NCBI GenBank assembly: GCA_043228905.1
Contig: JBHGNT010000002.1
Span: 2,914,001 to 2,978,000 of the forward strand
Direction of reading: 5' to 3'
DNA length: 64,000 nt
Source: Azolla caroliniana
Lineage: Eukaryota > Plantae > Polypodiophyta
Shown here piece by piece: positions 11,612 through 24,651 of this stretch. The translations under genes were made by a program, and so were the position numbers. A model generated the notes under the pieces. That model did no database searches and was not told where the DNA came from. It worked only from the letters and a program-made list of their open reading frames with translations. Position 1 is the stretch's first letter. Each line of letters starts with the position of its first letter.

Positions 11612-14600
11612 CATAGTTCCTAATATTCGTGTATGTCCAATTTAGTGGACGTACGCGAATGTTTGCGATATTCATTTGGTTTTTTTCGTTTTCTTTTTGG
11701 GGTTTTTTTGGGTTTTTCTTTTCTGAAGACTAGTTTTCATGACTGTTCATAACTGAGAGTTTGAAAGTCGAGAATTGAGAATGAGTAGTGCGGAGAAACT
11801 CGTGGGAATCAAATTTCTGTGAAGGATGAAACGAACAGGTTGCAACCTTCCATCAATTCTGATTCCCGATTCCTGATTCCTCAGTGCTTAGTGCTACTGT
11901 TCACTGCTCACCCGCCTACAACCCGCCGCCTTACCAAATTGTCCTGTTTGATTCTTCTTGGAAGCCTGAAGGCAAATTGTTGTTAAATTCATGCATTTCT
12001 AATGTCTATACAACTATTAAATCATGTGTTTCCAATGTCCATTGATCAATGATAGCATGAGATCAAAACCCTGAAACCCCTTTTTGGGAAAAAACCCCCT
12101 CAAAACCCTAACAAAAACGCAAGAACTCATAAAACACTAAATGGATTATGGAATTATGGATGTATGTATGTGCAAATCAGCTTTTATGTGAGGTTGTACA
12201 TACTACAAATGCATGTTTTTCTCAAATAATGGATGCAAGGGATAAGAAAACCTGACAGGCTGCCCTTCCCCGCCCCTTCACTACCCATTTTTTCGATTTT
12301 TTTAATTGAATAATTGAAAGAGGAAGAGAAACAACAGTTTGCATGATGCATCTTGGTCTTAGGTTTATCTTGCATGGGATTGAGAAGGTCTTAATGTGCT
12401 GAAAAGTGATACCTCTTGGCTGTATAGAATTTGTAATTATGTAGAGAATTTAACTAGTTGTTCACGTTTTTCATCTAAATATATGCCTTGAGGAGGAGGA
12501 TTAAAAACATGAAACTTTGGAGATAAAGAAGACTATATAGAATATGTGGATGAGCAAAGCTATTGTGTTGATGTAAATCCACAAACTCGGCTTTCCATTG
12601 CTAAAAATGATGGACAGAAGTAGTGTACATGTTGAAATGAAATTGAAAATTGTCCTTTGAATAGAGATAATCACCATTGAACCTTTTGGCTTTCTGCCAT
12701 AGAAATTCTTGATATTGAAATTTGAAACATAAAATAGAAAGTAACATAGAAAGTGACATAGAATGAATTACATAGAGTTAATGTTGCTCGAAATCGAATA
12801 GAACTTAATAAACTCCGAGAAGGAAAAACACTTCAAAAGGAAACAACTTAAATCAGAACAATGAATTAAGTGCTCGTTATACCAACTATGTGATTGTAGT
12901 TTTATTAAATCAATGTAATTGTAGTTTTCTTATATATTCATATCAACGTGATTGTAGTTTTATTAACGCACTTCCTAAATTGCTGATTTATACATCAATG
13001 TGATTGTAGTATGGGTAAACAAAAGAGCTTTGTATGGGACCACATTATTGTGGTGAAGAGAAACGACAAAGGAATGCATGTAAATGAATGCAAACATTGC
13101 AAGCATGTGTTTGTTGGTGGTCCACACAAAATTAAAGCTCATCTTTTGGGGCTAAAAGGACAAGGTGTGGATAAATGCTGCAATGTCACTAGAGCAATAA
13201 AAGATGAGATAAAAAAATTGATATCAGATGTTGATGCTCATGAAATTCCTAATGCTAATGAAAATTCTATTGCATAAAGTGAGAATAATGTGGATGTAAG
13301 TACATCTAATGCAAATGTTGTGTCATCTACTTGTGCATCTGTAATTGACATGTCATCTTCATCATGTAAGAAGAGGACAATTGAGAATAGTGGTGGATCC
13401 CTACAAATCTCTTGGCAAAAAAGTTTGAATAAAATTGCAAATGAATTAGTGAGAAGGTTCTTTTTTGTAGAGGATATTCCACAGCTTAAGCTTGATAGTT
13501 CATTTTTTCATGATATGGTTCAAGCATTTGCAAAGGCTGGTCCTTCATATAAGCCACCAAATTCTTTCCAATTGGGAAAGAGACACCTAGATGAAGAAGT
13601 AAAATATGTTAACATAAACTTTCATGCATTAAAGAGAAATGGAAAATATATGGATACACTATACTCAGTGATGGTTGGTCAGATACTAGAAATAGGCCAA
13701 TAATTAATGTTCTAGCTTCATCAATGTTTGTTCAGTGTTCTTGAGGTCCGTGGATACAAGTGGAGAATGTAAAACGGGGGAGTATATCTTTAATATTCTA
13801 AAAGCTACCATTCTTAAAATTGGCCCAACAAATGTTGTGCAAGTATGCATGGATAATGCATCAAATTGTGTGGCAGCGGGACATATGATAGAGAAAGAGT
13901 GGCCCATGATATTTTTTACTCGATGCATATGTCATTGCCTTGATTTGTTGTTTGAGGATATAGGAAAATGTGCTTGGGTTAATGATGCTTTGAGATTAGG
14001 TTTGAAGGTTACTATGTTCATCACAAGAAAGCTATATGTGCTTGCAATGTTTCACAAGTTTAGTAAAAAGGAATTGTTAAAGCCTTCTACTACTAGGTTT
14101 GCTTATAGTTTCATTGTGCTATCAAATTTGTTGGATGAGTGTATAATGGTTTAAGAAGAACGGTAGTTAGTGAAGAATGGTGTCAATGGAAGGGATCTAA
14201 AACGCAACAAGCAAAAGAAGTAGTTTCGATAATATTGAATGCTTCCTTTTGGTCAAATGTAAAGATGATAGTGGAAATATGCTCACCAATTTTAAAGGTG
14301 CTCCGATTGGCAGATAGAGAAGGTGCAACAATGGAGTTGATATATGAATGTACACGACGAATGATAGAAGAAATAAATAAAATGCAAGGAATCAATAACA
14401 TGTTGCTTGATGAAATTAGAGGATTATGCATGGATAGATGCAAAATGTTACATTCACCATTACATGCAATTGGATATCTCTTACATCCAATTTGGTGGGA
14501 AAATGCTCAAGTTTTTGATAATGTGGTGAATGCTAGTTGGATAGACACTATTATGTGATATGCAAATGGTGACATTAAGATGCAAGGTATTTTACTAGAT

Positions 14601-15390
14601 GAGTATCATGCTTATAAAACTAAAGAGAAGGGTATTTTTCAACTTCCACCTTCAAATGATCCTACTAGAATGAAAGTTGGTGTTAAGTGGTGGGAATTAT
14701 TTGGAGGAGAAACCCCAAATTTAAGTAAACTTGCAATTTGAGTGCTTTCTCAAGGTACATGTGCATCTCCATGTGAGAGAAATTGGAGTACCTTTTCATT
14801 GATACACACTAAGAGGAGAAATAGGTTGAGTCATGATTATATAGAGAAGCTAGTATACTTGCATACAAACCATCGCCTATTAAAGAAAGTCAAAGAAAGA
14901 GATTCAAGCCGTATAGAAGTGACTTTGGATATGATTAATAAAGAAGAGGAAGATTATAGGCTTTTACTATTGCAAAGACAACATGCAACTATGGTTAATG
15001 AGGATTTTGAAGATCATGATGATGATGGGCAAGATGTTAACATTGACAATGCAACTCAAGAGTAGGGAGATGAGATTAACTATTAGTACTATGAATTTAG
15101 AGCTAATTTCTAGGTTAATGTTCATGTTTGAACTTTGGATAAATTTTAGTTCATGTTTAGAACTTTGGATGCTACTTTGTTAGTTTTCAATGAATTTATG
15201 GTCTTGACTTTTGTCTATAAAAATCTTGTTTATTTTTTATTTTTCATATTAAAAAAAAAATAGAGTAATAAAAATAAAAATAAATATAGACGAATGGATT
15301 CAATCATACTTGGAGCCATTTCACGTATGAGTATGATACGGATATTCACGTATGAGTATGACAAGTTTGAGATGTATGGCTAGAACTATG
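11612..15390 (+). mobile_element. hAT-superfamily DNA transposon
   Basis: TIRs CATAGTTC/GAACTATG; 8-bp TSD TCTGGGAG (11604-11611) and TTTGGGAG (15391-15398); internal transposase. Confidence 0.93.
13011..15065 (+). pseudogene. hAT transposase (BED finger, DUF659-like, hATC dimerisation), disrupted
   Basis: WDH..CKHCKH..IKAHL; DGWSD-type segment shifted out of frame; VQVCMDNASNC; CHCLDL; TRFAY; SASPCERNWS-type motif (CASPCERNWSTF). Several stops and frameshifts. Confidence 0.9.
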
Positions 15391-16095
15391 TTTGGGAGTC
15401 ACTTTTAGTGCTCGTTCAGATAAATTCTCAATGACCGAGGCAACCAAAGATAGGCTAACGAGAGGGTATGCATCCCTCTCACTCTTAGAGAGACAATGCC
15501 ACCAGGCATACTTTCAAGAGCCACAGACTAAGGGATGACTCTTCGACTCATTAGTGACCCCTTCCCTCATATATGCATCAATAGTATGGGCTCCAAGTCT
15601 ACCATCTTTCATGTGGACGCAATTAGAGAGACCTTTGGTGACGATGTTATCACGTCAACTCCGAAGCAAATCGACGATACCACATGACATGATTAGAGCA
15701 GAGTTGAGTTTGCCCCTGATGTTAGTAGAAGCACTTTTCCAATTGGTAGTTTTTATTCATCAAATACATAGCCAACCACAAAATAGGATATCTCGTCAAG
15801 AACTTGAGGAATCCCAATCCCTATATACGTCCAGATACACTAGCTCTTGGTATAACACTGTAGTGAGTTGGTTACTTGCAAATGGCATAGACGTTAATAA
15901 CCTACCTCCCCTTAAGTACAACCATGGGATTGATCAAACTTTAATATCTCATGAAGACTATAATAAAGTAATACGACAAGAAATATGGCAAATTTACACC
16001 TGATATAAATGAATCACCCCACGAGAGCCACTCCCATCTAAAATGTTGTACTATAAGGAACATTTTGTGCGCTTCTCTAAGTTAGGTTTTATTAC

Positions 16096-16655
16096 ACGAC
16101 CAAAACATCTAGATACATTCTTATCAAATGCACTAAGGGTGGCCATTGGGCAACTTAGGATATCATCTCACCGACTTGAGATTGAGAATGGTCGTGCTAA
16201 TATGGTCCCTAGAGAGGAAAGACTATGTAGGTTATATCACATAGAGATAGAGGATGAGTATCACTTTACATGCAAGTGTCCAACTTATGCCGAGATAAGG
16301 GCGAAATACCAAGACATACTAGGATGCTCTCCCACCCTCTCCAAACTATTAGATACCCCGGATATAAAGAGACTAATGACCAAAATATCTAGATACATTC
16401 TTATCAAATGCACTGAGGGTGGCCATGGGGCAACTTAGGATATCATCTCACCGACTTGAGATTGAGAATGGTCGTGCTAATAGGGTCCCTAGAGAGGAAA
16501 GACTATGTAGGTTATATCACATAGAGATAGAGGATGTGTATCACTTTATGTGCAAGTGTCCAACTTATGCCGAGATAAGGGCGAAATACCAAGACGTACT
16601 AGGACGCTCTCCCACCCTCTCCAAACTATTAGATACCCCGGATATAAAGAGACTA
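16096..16655 (+). repeat. 280-bp tandem duplication within the LINE C-terminal region
   Basis: GACCAAAAyATCTAGATACATTC recurs at 16098 and 16378; the two units are nearly identical. Confidence 0.9.
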
Positions 16656-17673
16656 GGTAGGTATATCTTAGAGCTAAAACAACATAGAAGAATAAATTAC
16701 AAAGTGTTAACCATAACCCTTTTAATATCCACCAACATGTAAAGTCTAATGTAAATTTTCAGGAACAAGGGGAGACGATGAATATGGACACACCTACACT
16801 ACTCAACCTCTCTCTTGATGAAGCAGAAATGCAAAGACAACCAAATGCCCTTAGATGTTGGGCTTTAAAGCAACTCGGCGTGGAGTAGAAACTATTAAGA
16901 AGATAAGAGAACGTGAGCTACGACGCCTAGAAGCTATGGTAGAAGCTATGGTTGGGGTACCTTTTACATTGGGACCACGGGCCACATCCACATCGAAACC
17001 CTTTGACCTCCTACTTCTTTCCGAAAGACTTGGATGGAAATGAAACTAGGCTTAGTATAAAGCCATTTCTTTATAGAACATGTTTTTTTTACTAGAACTG
17101 TTTAGCTTAAGCTCTTTTTTCTTCTTTCGGTGAATGGGTAAATACCCCATTTTTGTTGTAAACCAAAGTCCCATGGGTTAATTTTGGTATTAGAAGACGT
17201 TAATATATCTTTCTTTCTTTCTTTCTTTCTTTCTCTAAGTCAAAATCTGCATTCTTGGTCAATTGTAAATTTCTTAATCACCAAGATTTGCTTACAACCT
17301 CCACGCGTACCCAATGAAAAACGTTTCAACCAATGTTGCACGCATCAGATTTAACCTTTGAGGGTGAAAATAGAATCTATTTGTTTATATGCCATCACAA
17401 TCGGTGCTAGGATCTATATACATCAAGGTGAGCTGATCTTTCCTCGAGTTAACTTTCGCAAATTTCATTCAATAGTGATGGGATAATATATATTGTAACT
17501 AAATAGAGTTATGTTGTACCATGCCATGTCTATCAATCTTGAGTTCATTGTGCATCGACAAGGTTTCGTTGCGTGAAAGATGTTTGCTACGATGGTCGTA
17601 GACTATGATCGACAAATCAACCGGCCGAAGCAATGTACATAATGCCCCACTAAAAGTATTCGTGGAGTTCAAA

Positions 17674-18268
17674 ATACATACATACATACATACATACATA
17701 CATACATACATACATACATACATACATACACACACACACATACACACATACACACATACACACATACACACATACATACATACATACATACATACATACA
17801 TACATACATACATACATACATACATACATACATACATACACACATACATACACACATACATACACACATACATACACACATACATACACACATACACACA
17901 CACATACACACATACACACATACACACATACACACATACACACATACACACACACACACACACATACATACATGATACACACACATACATGCATACACAC
18001 ATACATGCATACATACATACATGCATACATACATCCATCCATCCATCCATCCATCCATCCATACATACATACATACATACATACACACATACACACATAC
18101 ACACATACACACATACACACATACACACATACACACATACACACATACATACATGATACACACACAGACATGCAGACATACATACATACATACATACATA
18201 CATACATACATACATACATACACACACATACACACATACATAGAGACATAGAGACATACACACACACA
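17674..18268. repeat. Compound (ACAT)n/(AC)n/(CCAT)n microsatellite
   Basis: Direct inspection. Confidence 0.97.
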
Positions 18269-19862
18269 AACGTGTCTATTATAACACAAATCATAAAGAG
18301 GGCTGGTGAGGGAATCACGGCCACAGATGGTGCAGGTTGCTCAGAGAAGGCGCATGCGATTTGCACCGTCGAATTTCGATAAGGAAGAAGGCGCGAAAAA
18401 TAAAGTTGTGCAGAGGTCGCCCAACCCTGTCAGAGGTTGCCCAACTGAAATATATTTTTAAAAGGGTCACCCAACCAACTCAATAAAAGATGCAGGTTGC
18501 CCAACCATTTATTTTTAAAACGGTTGGGTGACCAATTTAAGCAGGTTGCCCAATTGCTTTAGGGTTTATATTGAGTTGGTCACCCAACCAACTCAATAAA
18601 AGATGCATGTCGCCCAACCGTTTATTTTTAAAGCGGTTGGGTGTCCAGTTTAAGCAGGTTGCCCAACTGCTTTAGGGTTTATATTGAGTTGGTCACCCAA
18701 CCAACTCAATAAAAGATGAAGGTCGCCTAACTGATGACTATAAAAGCCTAAAACCTGTCATTATCTCTCATTTTTTCAAACGAGATTGACAAGTTTCTTT
18801 TGTCGGGAAAGAGTTGGGTGTCAGGTGGCTTGCAATCGACATACACAACAATCAATCTCCTCCATCACTATTCCCAGGTATGTACTAAACCCTATTACAT
18901 CACTTTTTTTGTTTTTTTTACATGTGGTAGGAATAGTTGAGGGATTAGGGTTTGGAGTAGTTGAGGGATTTTGTTTCTTCTTGAGGGATTACAATGATAA
19001 GTAGGTTGAGTTGGTCACCCAACCAACTCAATAAAATATGCAACTCAATAAAAGTTTATTCAATGATCTCTCTTTTTCATGTTTGTTTTTACAATAATCT
19101 CTCTCTTCTTAGCAGAAATATCTCTCTTTTTTTCATGTACTTCTGCAACAAATTTTGTATTCATAAATCTCTAATGTATTTCTTTATAAATCTCTAATTT
19201 GTTTTTGTTTATGTATTACTTTGTACACAATCTCAAGCATTCTGTATCAGAATATTGAGAGGATTCTAAGAAAAACAGGGATATTAACAATCTCTCCGTT
19301 CTTCACATTATTTTTTGTAATAATATTTCTCATCTTTCCATAATAATCTTTCTTTTCCATGTATGCGTTTTATGCACAATTCAATGGTTTTTCATCACGT
19401 CAGGGTACAATATCCATCATCCCTAATGTGAGCTATGATGATTTTTGCTTGTTTTTTGGGATTCAGTTTGCATTGCTAGAAACTTAGGTTATAGTTGAAA
19501 TTATAGAAAAATACTAGCCATTTTTGGGGGGATTTTAGGTTTCATTCGACATTGTTACAGCTTAGATAAATTTTGAAATTCGAATGAATGTAAAACTATT
19601 CATCTTTAGGGACTAGGGTCTCATCCTACATAAACTTAATCATGTAAAAAGTACTCATTTTATAGGACATTGGGATTTGAGTCTCATTCTTGCTTAATCT
19701 AATTATTGCAACATGATAAGTAGGATATAACATATGGGGAGATTTGGTAGTGAGGGATTAGGGTTTTGGGTTTCGGGTTTAATGATTTGCTTGCTTAAAC
19801 TTAATATTGTGTGTGTTTGAGTATTAAATTCAAAAAATGTTTGATTACTTGAATGGTGGTAG

Positions 19863-21325
19863 ATGGCTTCCAAGTCCAAGTACAAAGATTGGTGGGGTTT
19901 CGATAACAGTGACATATATCCAACTCAAGAGAGGTATATCACGAACCAATCTCCCCTAATATTGGTTTAGGGTTTGATGCATGTATGTTGACTCGTAATT
20001 TGTTAAAGGGTCTTCGTTAGAAGACATTGGCGAAGTTCGTCAGCTGACATGTGTACGAGTGGGGACAGAATGGATCAGACACCTGCACCTTAAATCAAGC
20101 CCATACATGCCATGGCAACAGTCGACCAAGATGCTCCTCCAAATGGTATGTGGATTTGGTGTCGTTGCAATATGTCAATCTTTATGCCAATCTTTATGTC
20201 AATCTTAAATATGTAACACATACAAAAGGAACAAATGCTCCTCACCCAGACTCGTTGTATAAGGTTGGAAGAGATGCAAATGGGAACAAGGCCCGTGTGT
20301 GTATCTATACTGAGTATTACCGCCTCTCGCCAAGGTGGTATCGCAAAAAAAGTGACTTGGAATCACATTTACGCAGGGAACATGGAATAGACATAGTCCT
20401 ACCACGAGGGATGCGTATAGAGGAGGAGGGTATTCCGGGGGCATGCTTTAATAGCTATGAGCGTCAGAGATCACTCAGAAGATTCATGGACCCTGAAATC
20501 AAGTACAATAGAAATCGGCAAACATATATCCGGAAGTTGAAGGTTAGGGTTGTTTCGAGGTACAACTCTATTCGTGTTGAACGTCTTGACACAGAGGTAG
20601 AGTTCATGGTGCGATTTATGGACAACGAGATGGCCATATACGACTCCAAAAAGGATGAGCGTTTGGAGATGTTGACGAAGAAGATAACATCCGGTTTGGA
20701 TTCTTATGTAAGTATGAGCGAGGATTTCATTTCAGATATGTGTTGGAGGGTTTATTGGCAAAATTCAGATAATAACATGTGTCTTATTGTGGTGAAACAA
20801 TGTAAAAAGGCGGGGATATCCACCCAACCGGAGGGTGTGGCCACGGATGTGGATGAGGCTCTAAACCCATCTGAGGGTGGTGTGTCCACTCCACTGAGAC
20901 GGAGACGATAGAAGATGTCAGTCCAACGGAAGGAGGTCAAGTCAAACACTGATGTTTATTCCCTAACAACAGATTCAGATGATGCTGCACCGGATGTGGT
21001 CATAGTTCAAATTCAGCATGGCAAGGGCATAAGGTTATGGATCCAAACACCAAATAAACACTTTTCCAGGTAGGGTTTATGTGAAATATAAACCAGTATC
21101 CTACTAACTGACATGGGGTGTGATGTACCTACTCAAACTACATATTTCTATGCATTCAGGTACCAGGATTTGCACCTGCGACCGGTGGCCCCATATTGTA
21201 AAATTTGTGAATGTTGTTTTTGGCACAGATTTTGCTATAGAGCTGATGTTGTAACTATATTTTGGAATCCACACAAATTTTGTATAGCGAGAATCGACTC
21301 ATTGTATATCGCGATTACTTATTAA
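19863..21325 (+). pseudogene. Second, probably intron-containing gene of unknown function inside the MULE
   Basis: Core 286-aa ORF 20051-20911 with C2H2-like WYRKKSDLESHLRREH. The frame stays open past the TAG at 20909 to a GT donor near 21070. Candidate ATG exon at 19863 and a Cys-rich last exon near 21160-21325. Exon boundaries are tentative. Confidence 0.5.
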
Positions 21326-21629
21326 TGGAAATGTTGTTTACAACAAGTGTTTATCTCAAGTTGATTTGTTGTTTTAAACCAATCACAAGTTGTGATCTAA
21401 AGTTGATTTGCTGTTTTAAACCAATCTTTGTTGTGATCTAAATATGGTCACCCAACCAGGTTGTCCAAACCTCTTAAAATTAATTCTATGTTGATATGGT
21501 TACCCAACCAGGTTGCCCAAACCTCATAATCCAGATCGCCCAACCTCTTTTAATATGGTCACCTAACCATAATCCAGGTCGCCCAGCCTGTTACCTAAAC
21601 GGCCAAAAAAACGGTAATATTAACATGTA

Positions 21630-21975
21630 AATTAATCACATTTTAAGTCACATTAAACCCTTCATCGTCATTTTAATCAGAGTTGATTCCATCTCCAGTT
21701 AATTACCTTTTAAGATCAGATTCAATTAATCACATTCTCTATCTTAATCAAGTTCTTATAATCACATTCTATGTCTTAATCACGTTCTTATAATCACATT
21801 CTCTATCTTAATAAGGTTCAATTAATCAGATTCTCTATCTTAATTAGGTTCAATTAATTACATTCTCTAGCTTAATCAGATTCTTATAATCACCGTCTCT
21901 ATCTTAATCATAATCTCTGTCTTAATCAAATTCACTTAATCACATTCTCTAGCTTAAATTACCTCTGATTAATCA
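21630..21975. repeat. AT-rich tandem array (TTAATCA-containing ~29-bp units) just upstream of the MULE transposase
   Basis: Repeated AATCACATTCTCTATCTTAATCA-like units. Confidence 0.75.
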
Positions 21976-21999
21976 CTACAAGAAAACCAAGTTGTCGAG

Positions 22000-23630
22000 A
22001 TGAATCCAAATGAAATAGATTTCATCACATCCTTGTATGATTCTGAGGATGGTTATGCATCACCATACTCCGCAACCATCGACGAAGACTTGGATTCGTC
22101 TACATCCGAAGACTATGAATCGGCTTCATCTGAAGAAGAGGCGGAGGAGGTTGATCCCTTCATGTACTGTTCATTATGGTACATGATATGTAGTTTTGAT
22201 AAGGGGTCTAACCATGAGCAAGTAGCTTTAGAAACTTGCTTGAGAGTCATATTCGCACGGATGCCCAATGTGAGGCCAAATGCCATAGTCATCGATAAAA
22301 GTTGGACATCATATAATGCCATAAGTAATGTGGTTGCAACAGACCGATTATCTTGGATAGTTACAAATGGGCAAAGATCGCAAACACATTGTCGACTTTT
22401 GTTGTGTCACTTCCATGCAAAAAAAGCATGGTTGGACAACTTGTTGCCAAAGGTAAGTGCAACTGAGAGAAACCATCTTTATAATCGGATGTGCCAACTC
22501 ATGCAATGCATTACGAAATCCACATTCAATGCCCAATGTGAGGAGTTAAAGGTAGACTATGCAAAAAGACGTTGCAAACATGCGAGGAGGAGCGTCAGGT
22601 AGAAGGGGGAGCAATCATGTTGGACCAAGCCGACAAGCCAGGTGTTTGGCAATATATAGAAGGAGGATGGTGTGGCTTGACATGTGTGTGGAGGAAACTG
22701 TGGCACAAATTTGGTAGAATGTTCAACTACGGACATGTTGACACTACCAATCTTGTGGAGAGACATTGGCAGTTTATCAAATATACTGCCTTAAGAGGGA
22801 GGATAAACCGATCAATTACCGATCTTGTGCATGTTTTAATCGGGGGTATTGTTATTGAATGGTACAAGCAATGACAAGAAATATGTGAGAGTGGTAGATT
22901 TGCACCACGTGCAAATTGTAGGGATCAAACAACAAGACTTAAAGAGGCCGAAAGGCTACTACAGAGGTATGAAACTAATGATGCGACAATGCATATTGTG
23001 GACGAGCCTTGATATTGGTTTAAAATATTGAGCTTGACAAAACCGAATGTATGGTATAATGTATTGCTCCAATGTTCATATTGTGATTGCCAAGACCCTA
23101 CGAGTAAATGTAAGCATATACTTGGTATCAGGATGATTATTGAGAGGCACATGCCACATCTATGTGGGTCGTTGCCTTTTATAGATCATGCAACCCATAT
23201 GCGCAATGACCATTTCATAGAGACGGAAGTGGAGACAAAGGTAGCACCAGTCGAGGAGTCAAACCCTATAACATCACAAATGGAGGAATGGGAGTCGAAA
23301 ATACAAACGGTTGAGGGGGCTATTCAATGTCCTAGGCAAGGGTTACGATCCCTCGACCATGCAACAATTTTGGCATGTATGGAGTCCATTGAAGAAATAG
23401 GTCAGACACTAGTGTATCACCTAGGTGCACTGAAACCAACCAATGAAGAAGACCATGGATCCATAGGGCGTAAGCAAGTAATTGGTGCAAAAAGGGGAGC
23501 ATCAATCAACATTTCACAAGATCTTATTGGCAGCTCCCCAAACACTTCCAAGGCACACACAGGAAAAATGCAAAGAGGCGCAAGTCGAGCTAGGAGGTGG
23601 TTGCCAATATGTGCGACAAAGAAGATGTGA
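22000..23630 (+). pseudogene. MULE transposase with SWIM finger (frameshifted, probably internally deleted)
   Basis: IVIDKS..AI, LLCHFHAKKAW, DTTNLVERHW..IKY..L, and SWIM CDCQDPTSKCKHI, spread across ORFs 22000-22602, 22572-22874 and 23028-23630. Confidence 0.82.
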
Positions 23631-24333
23631 TGCTTGCATTGCGATGCTTTGACCTTTAGATCAAGGGACTCAAATGTTGATTGTTGCAAGAATTGTGATC
23701 GCATCTTGCCATCATCTCCGGATGAGCCATAAACATAGCTTGAGTGGTTTTGCGGACCGGTGCATTTGGGTTTACAATGTTTCAAGTGGATTTATGTTGA
23801 TTTATGAGTGCATTTAGGAGTATGTCATATGTTGATTTATGTTTTAAGTTTCTTGTTTCAAGTATGTCATCCTTTGATTTGGGTTTACGGTGTTTAAAGT
23901 GGATTTACGTTCTCTGTTTTAAGTTTTATGTTTTTTAACTTTTAACTTTTATGTTTTAGTATGATTATTTGTTTTAAGATAAGTATGGTAAAGATCGTCA
24001 ATTTTGAATAATTTAAGGTTGGATTTTGTGACTGTTTGATATGTTATTGTAAGTTTTAAGGGTAATGAACAAACTTATTTGAAGATTTTGGTCGAAATGA
24101 TACATTTTGGTTGGGCGACCTGCAAATGTCAGGGTTGGGTGAACTAAAACGGTTGGGCGACTTGCAACAATCAGAGTTGGGCGACCTCTGACAACATTTT
24201 TTTTCACGCATTTTTCCTTATCGAAATCTGACAGTGCAGATCGCATGCGCCTTCCTCTAAGCGACCTGCACCGTCTGTGGCCACAATTCCCTCGCCAGCC
24301 CTCTTTATGATTTGATGTAGAATAGACACGAGC

Positions 24334-24600
24334 CATACACACATACATACATGATACACACACAGACATACATACATACATACATACACATACAGACATA
24401 CATACATATGCACATTCATACATACATACATACATACATACATACATACATACATACATACATACATACATACATACACACACACATACATACACACATA
24501 CATACATTTGCACATTCATACATACATACATACATACATACATACATACATACACACATACACACATACATACATATGCACATTCATACATACATACATA
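24334..24600. repeat. (ACAT)n/(AC)n microsatellite, right flank of the MULE
   Basis: Direct inspection; same orientation as 17674-18268. Confidence 0.97.
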
Positions 24601-24651
24601 TATGCATATCTCTGTTTGAACGGAGCTTTAGTAGCAGAGAGGTAAGGATCC

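Larger units (their letters stand above)
11145..17233 (+). mobile_element. 5'-truncated non-LTR retrotransposon (RTE/L2-like LINE), split by a hAT insertion
   Basis: RT motifs GVKQGCPLSPTLF and LLYTDDIILL. The frame YVYLG-VTFS is rejoined across the hAT. C-terminal QLRISSHRLEIENGR..CRL..EDEYHF..C. Ends in a (TTTC)n tail. The 5' boundary is approximate. Confidence 0.85.
18271..24334 (+). mobile_element. Mutator-like element (MULE) with long TIRs, embedded in an (ACAT)n array
   Basis: 18271-~18430 is the imperfect reverse complement of ~24171-24330 (CGTGTCTATT..AAATCATAAAGAGGGCTGG..AAGGCGCATGCGAT..TTTCGATAAGGAA..CAGAGGTCGCCCAAC). Contains a MULE/SWIM transposase. The TSD cannot be resolved within the microsatellite. 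Confidence 0.88.

Noticed and set aside
17499-18382. Long MYVC/HTYI-repeat ORFs (also 24013-24671)
   Set aside because: These are translations of ACAT/AC microsatellite that simply lacks stop codons.
18415-19025. CRISPR-like repeat-spacer array
   Set aside because: Eukaryotic context, spacers that are themselves repeated, mixed motif orientation and no cas genes; these are transposon subterminal repeats.
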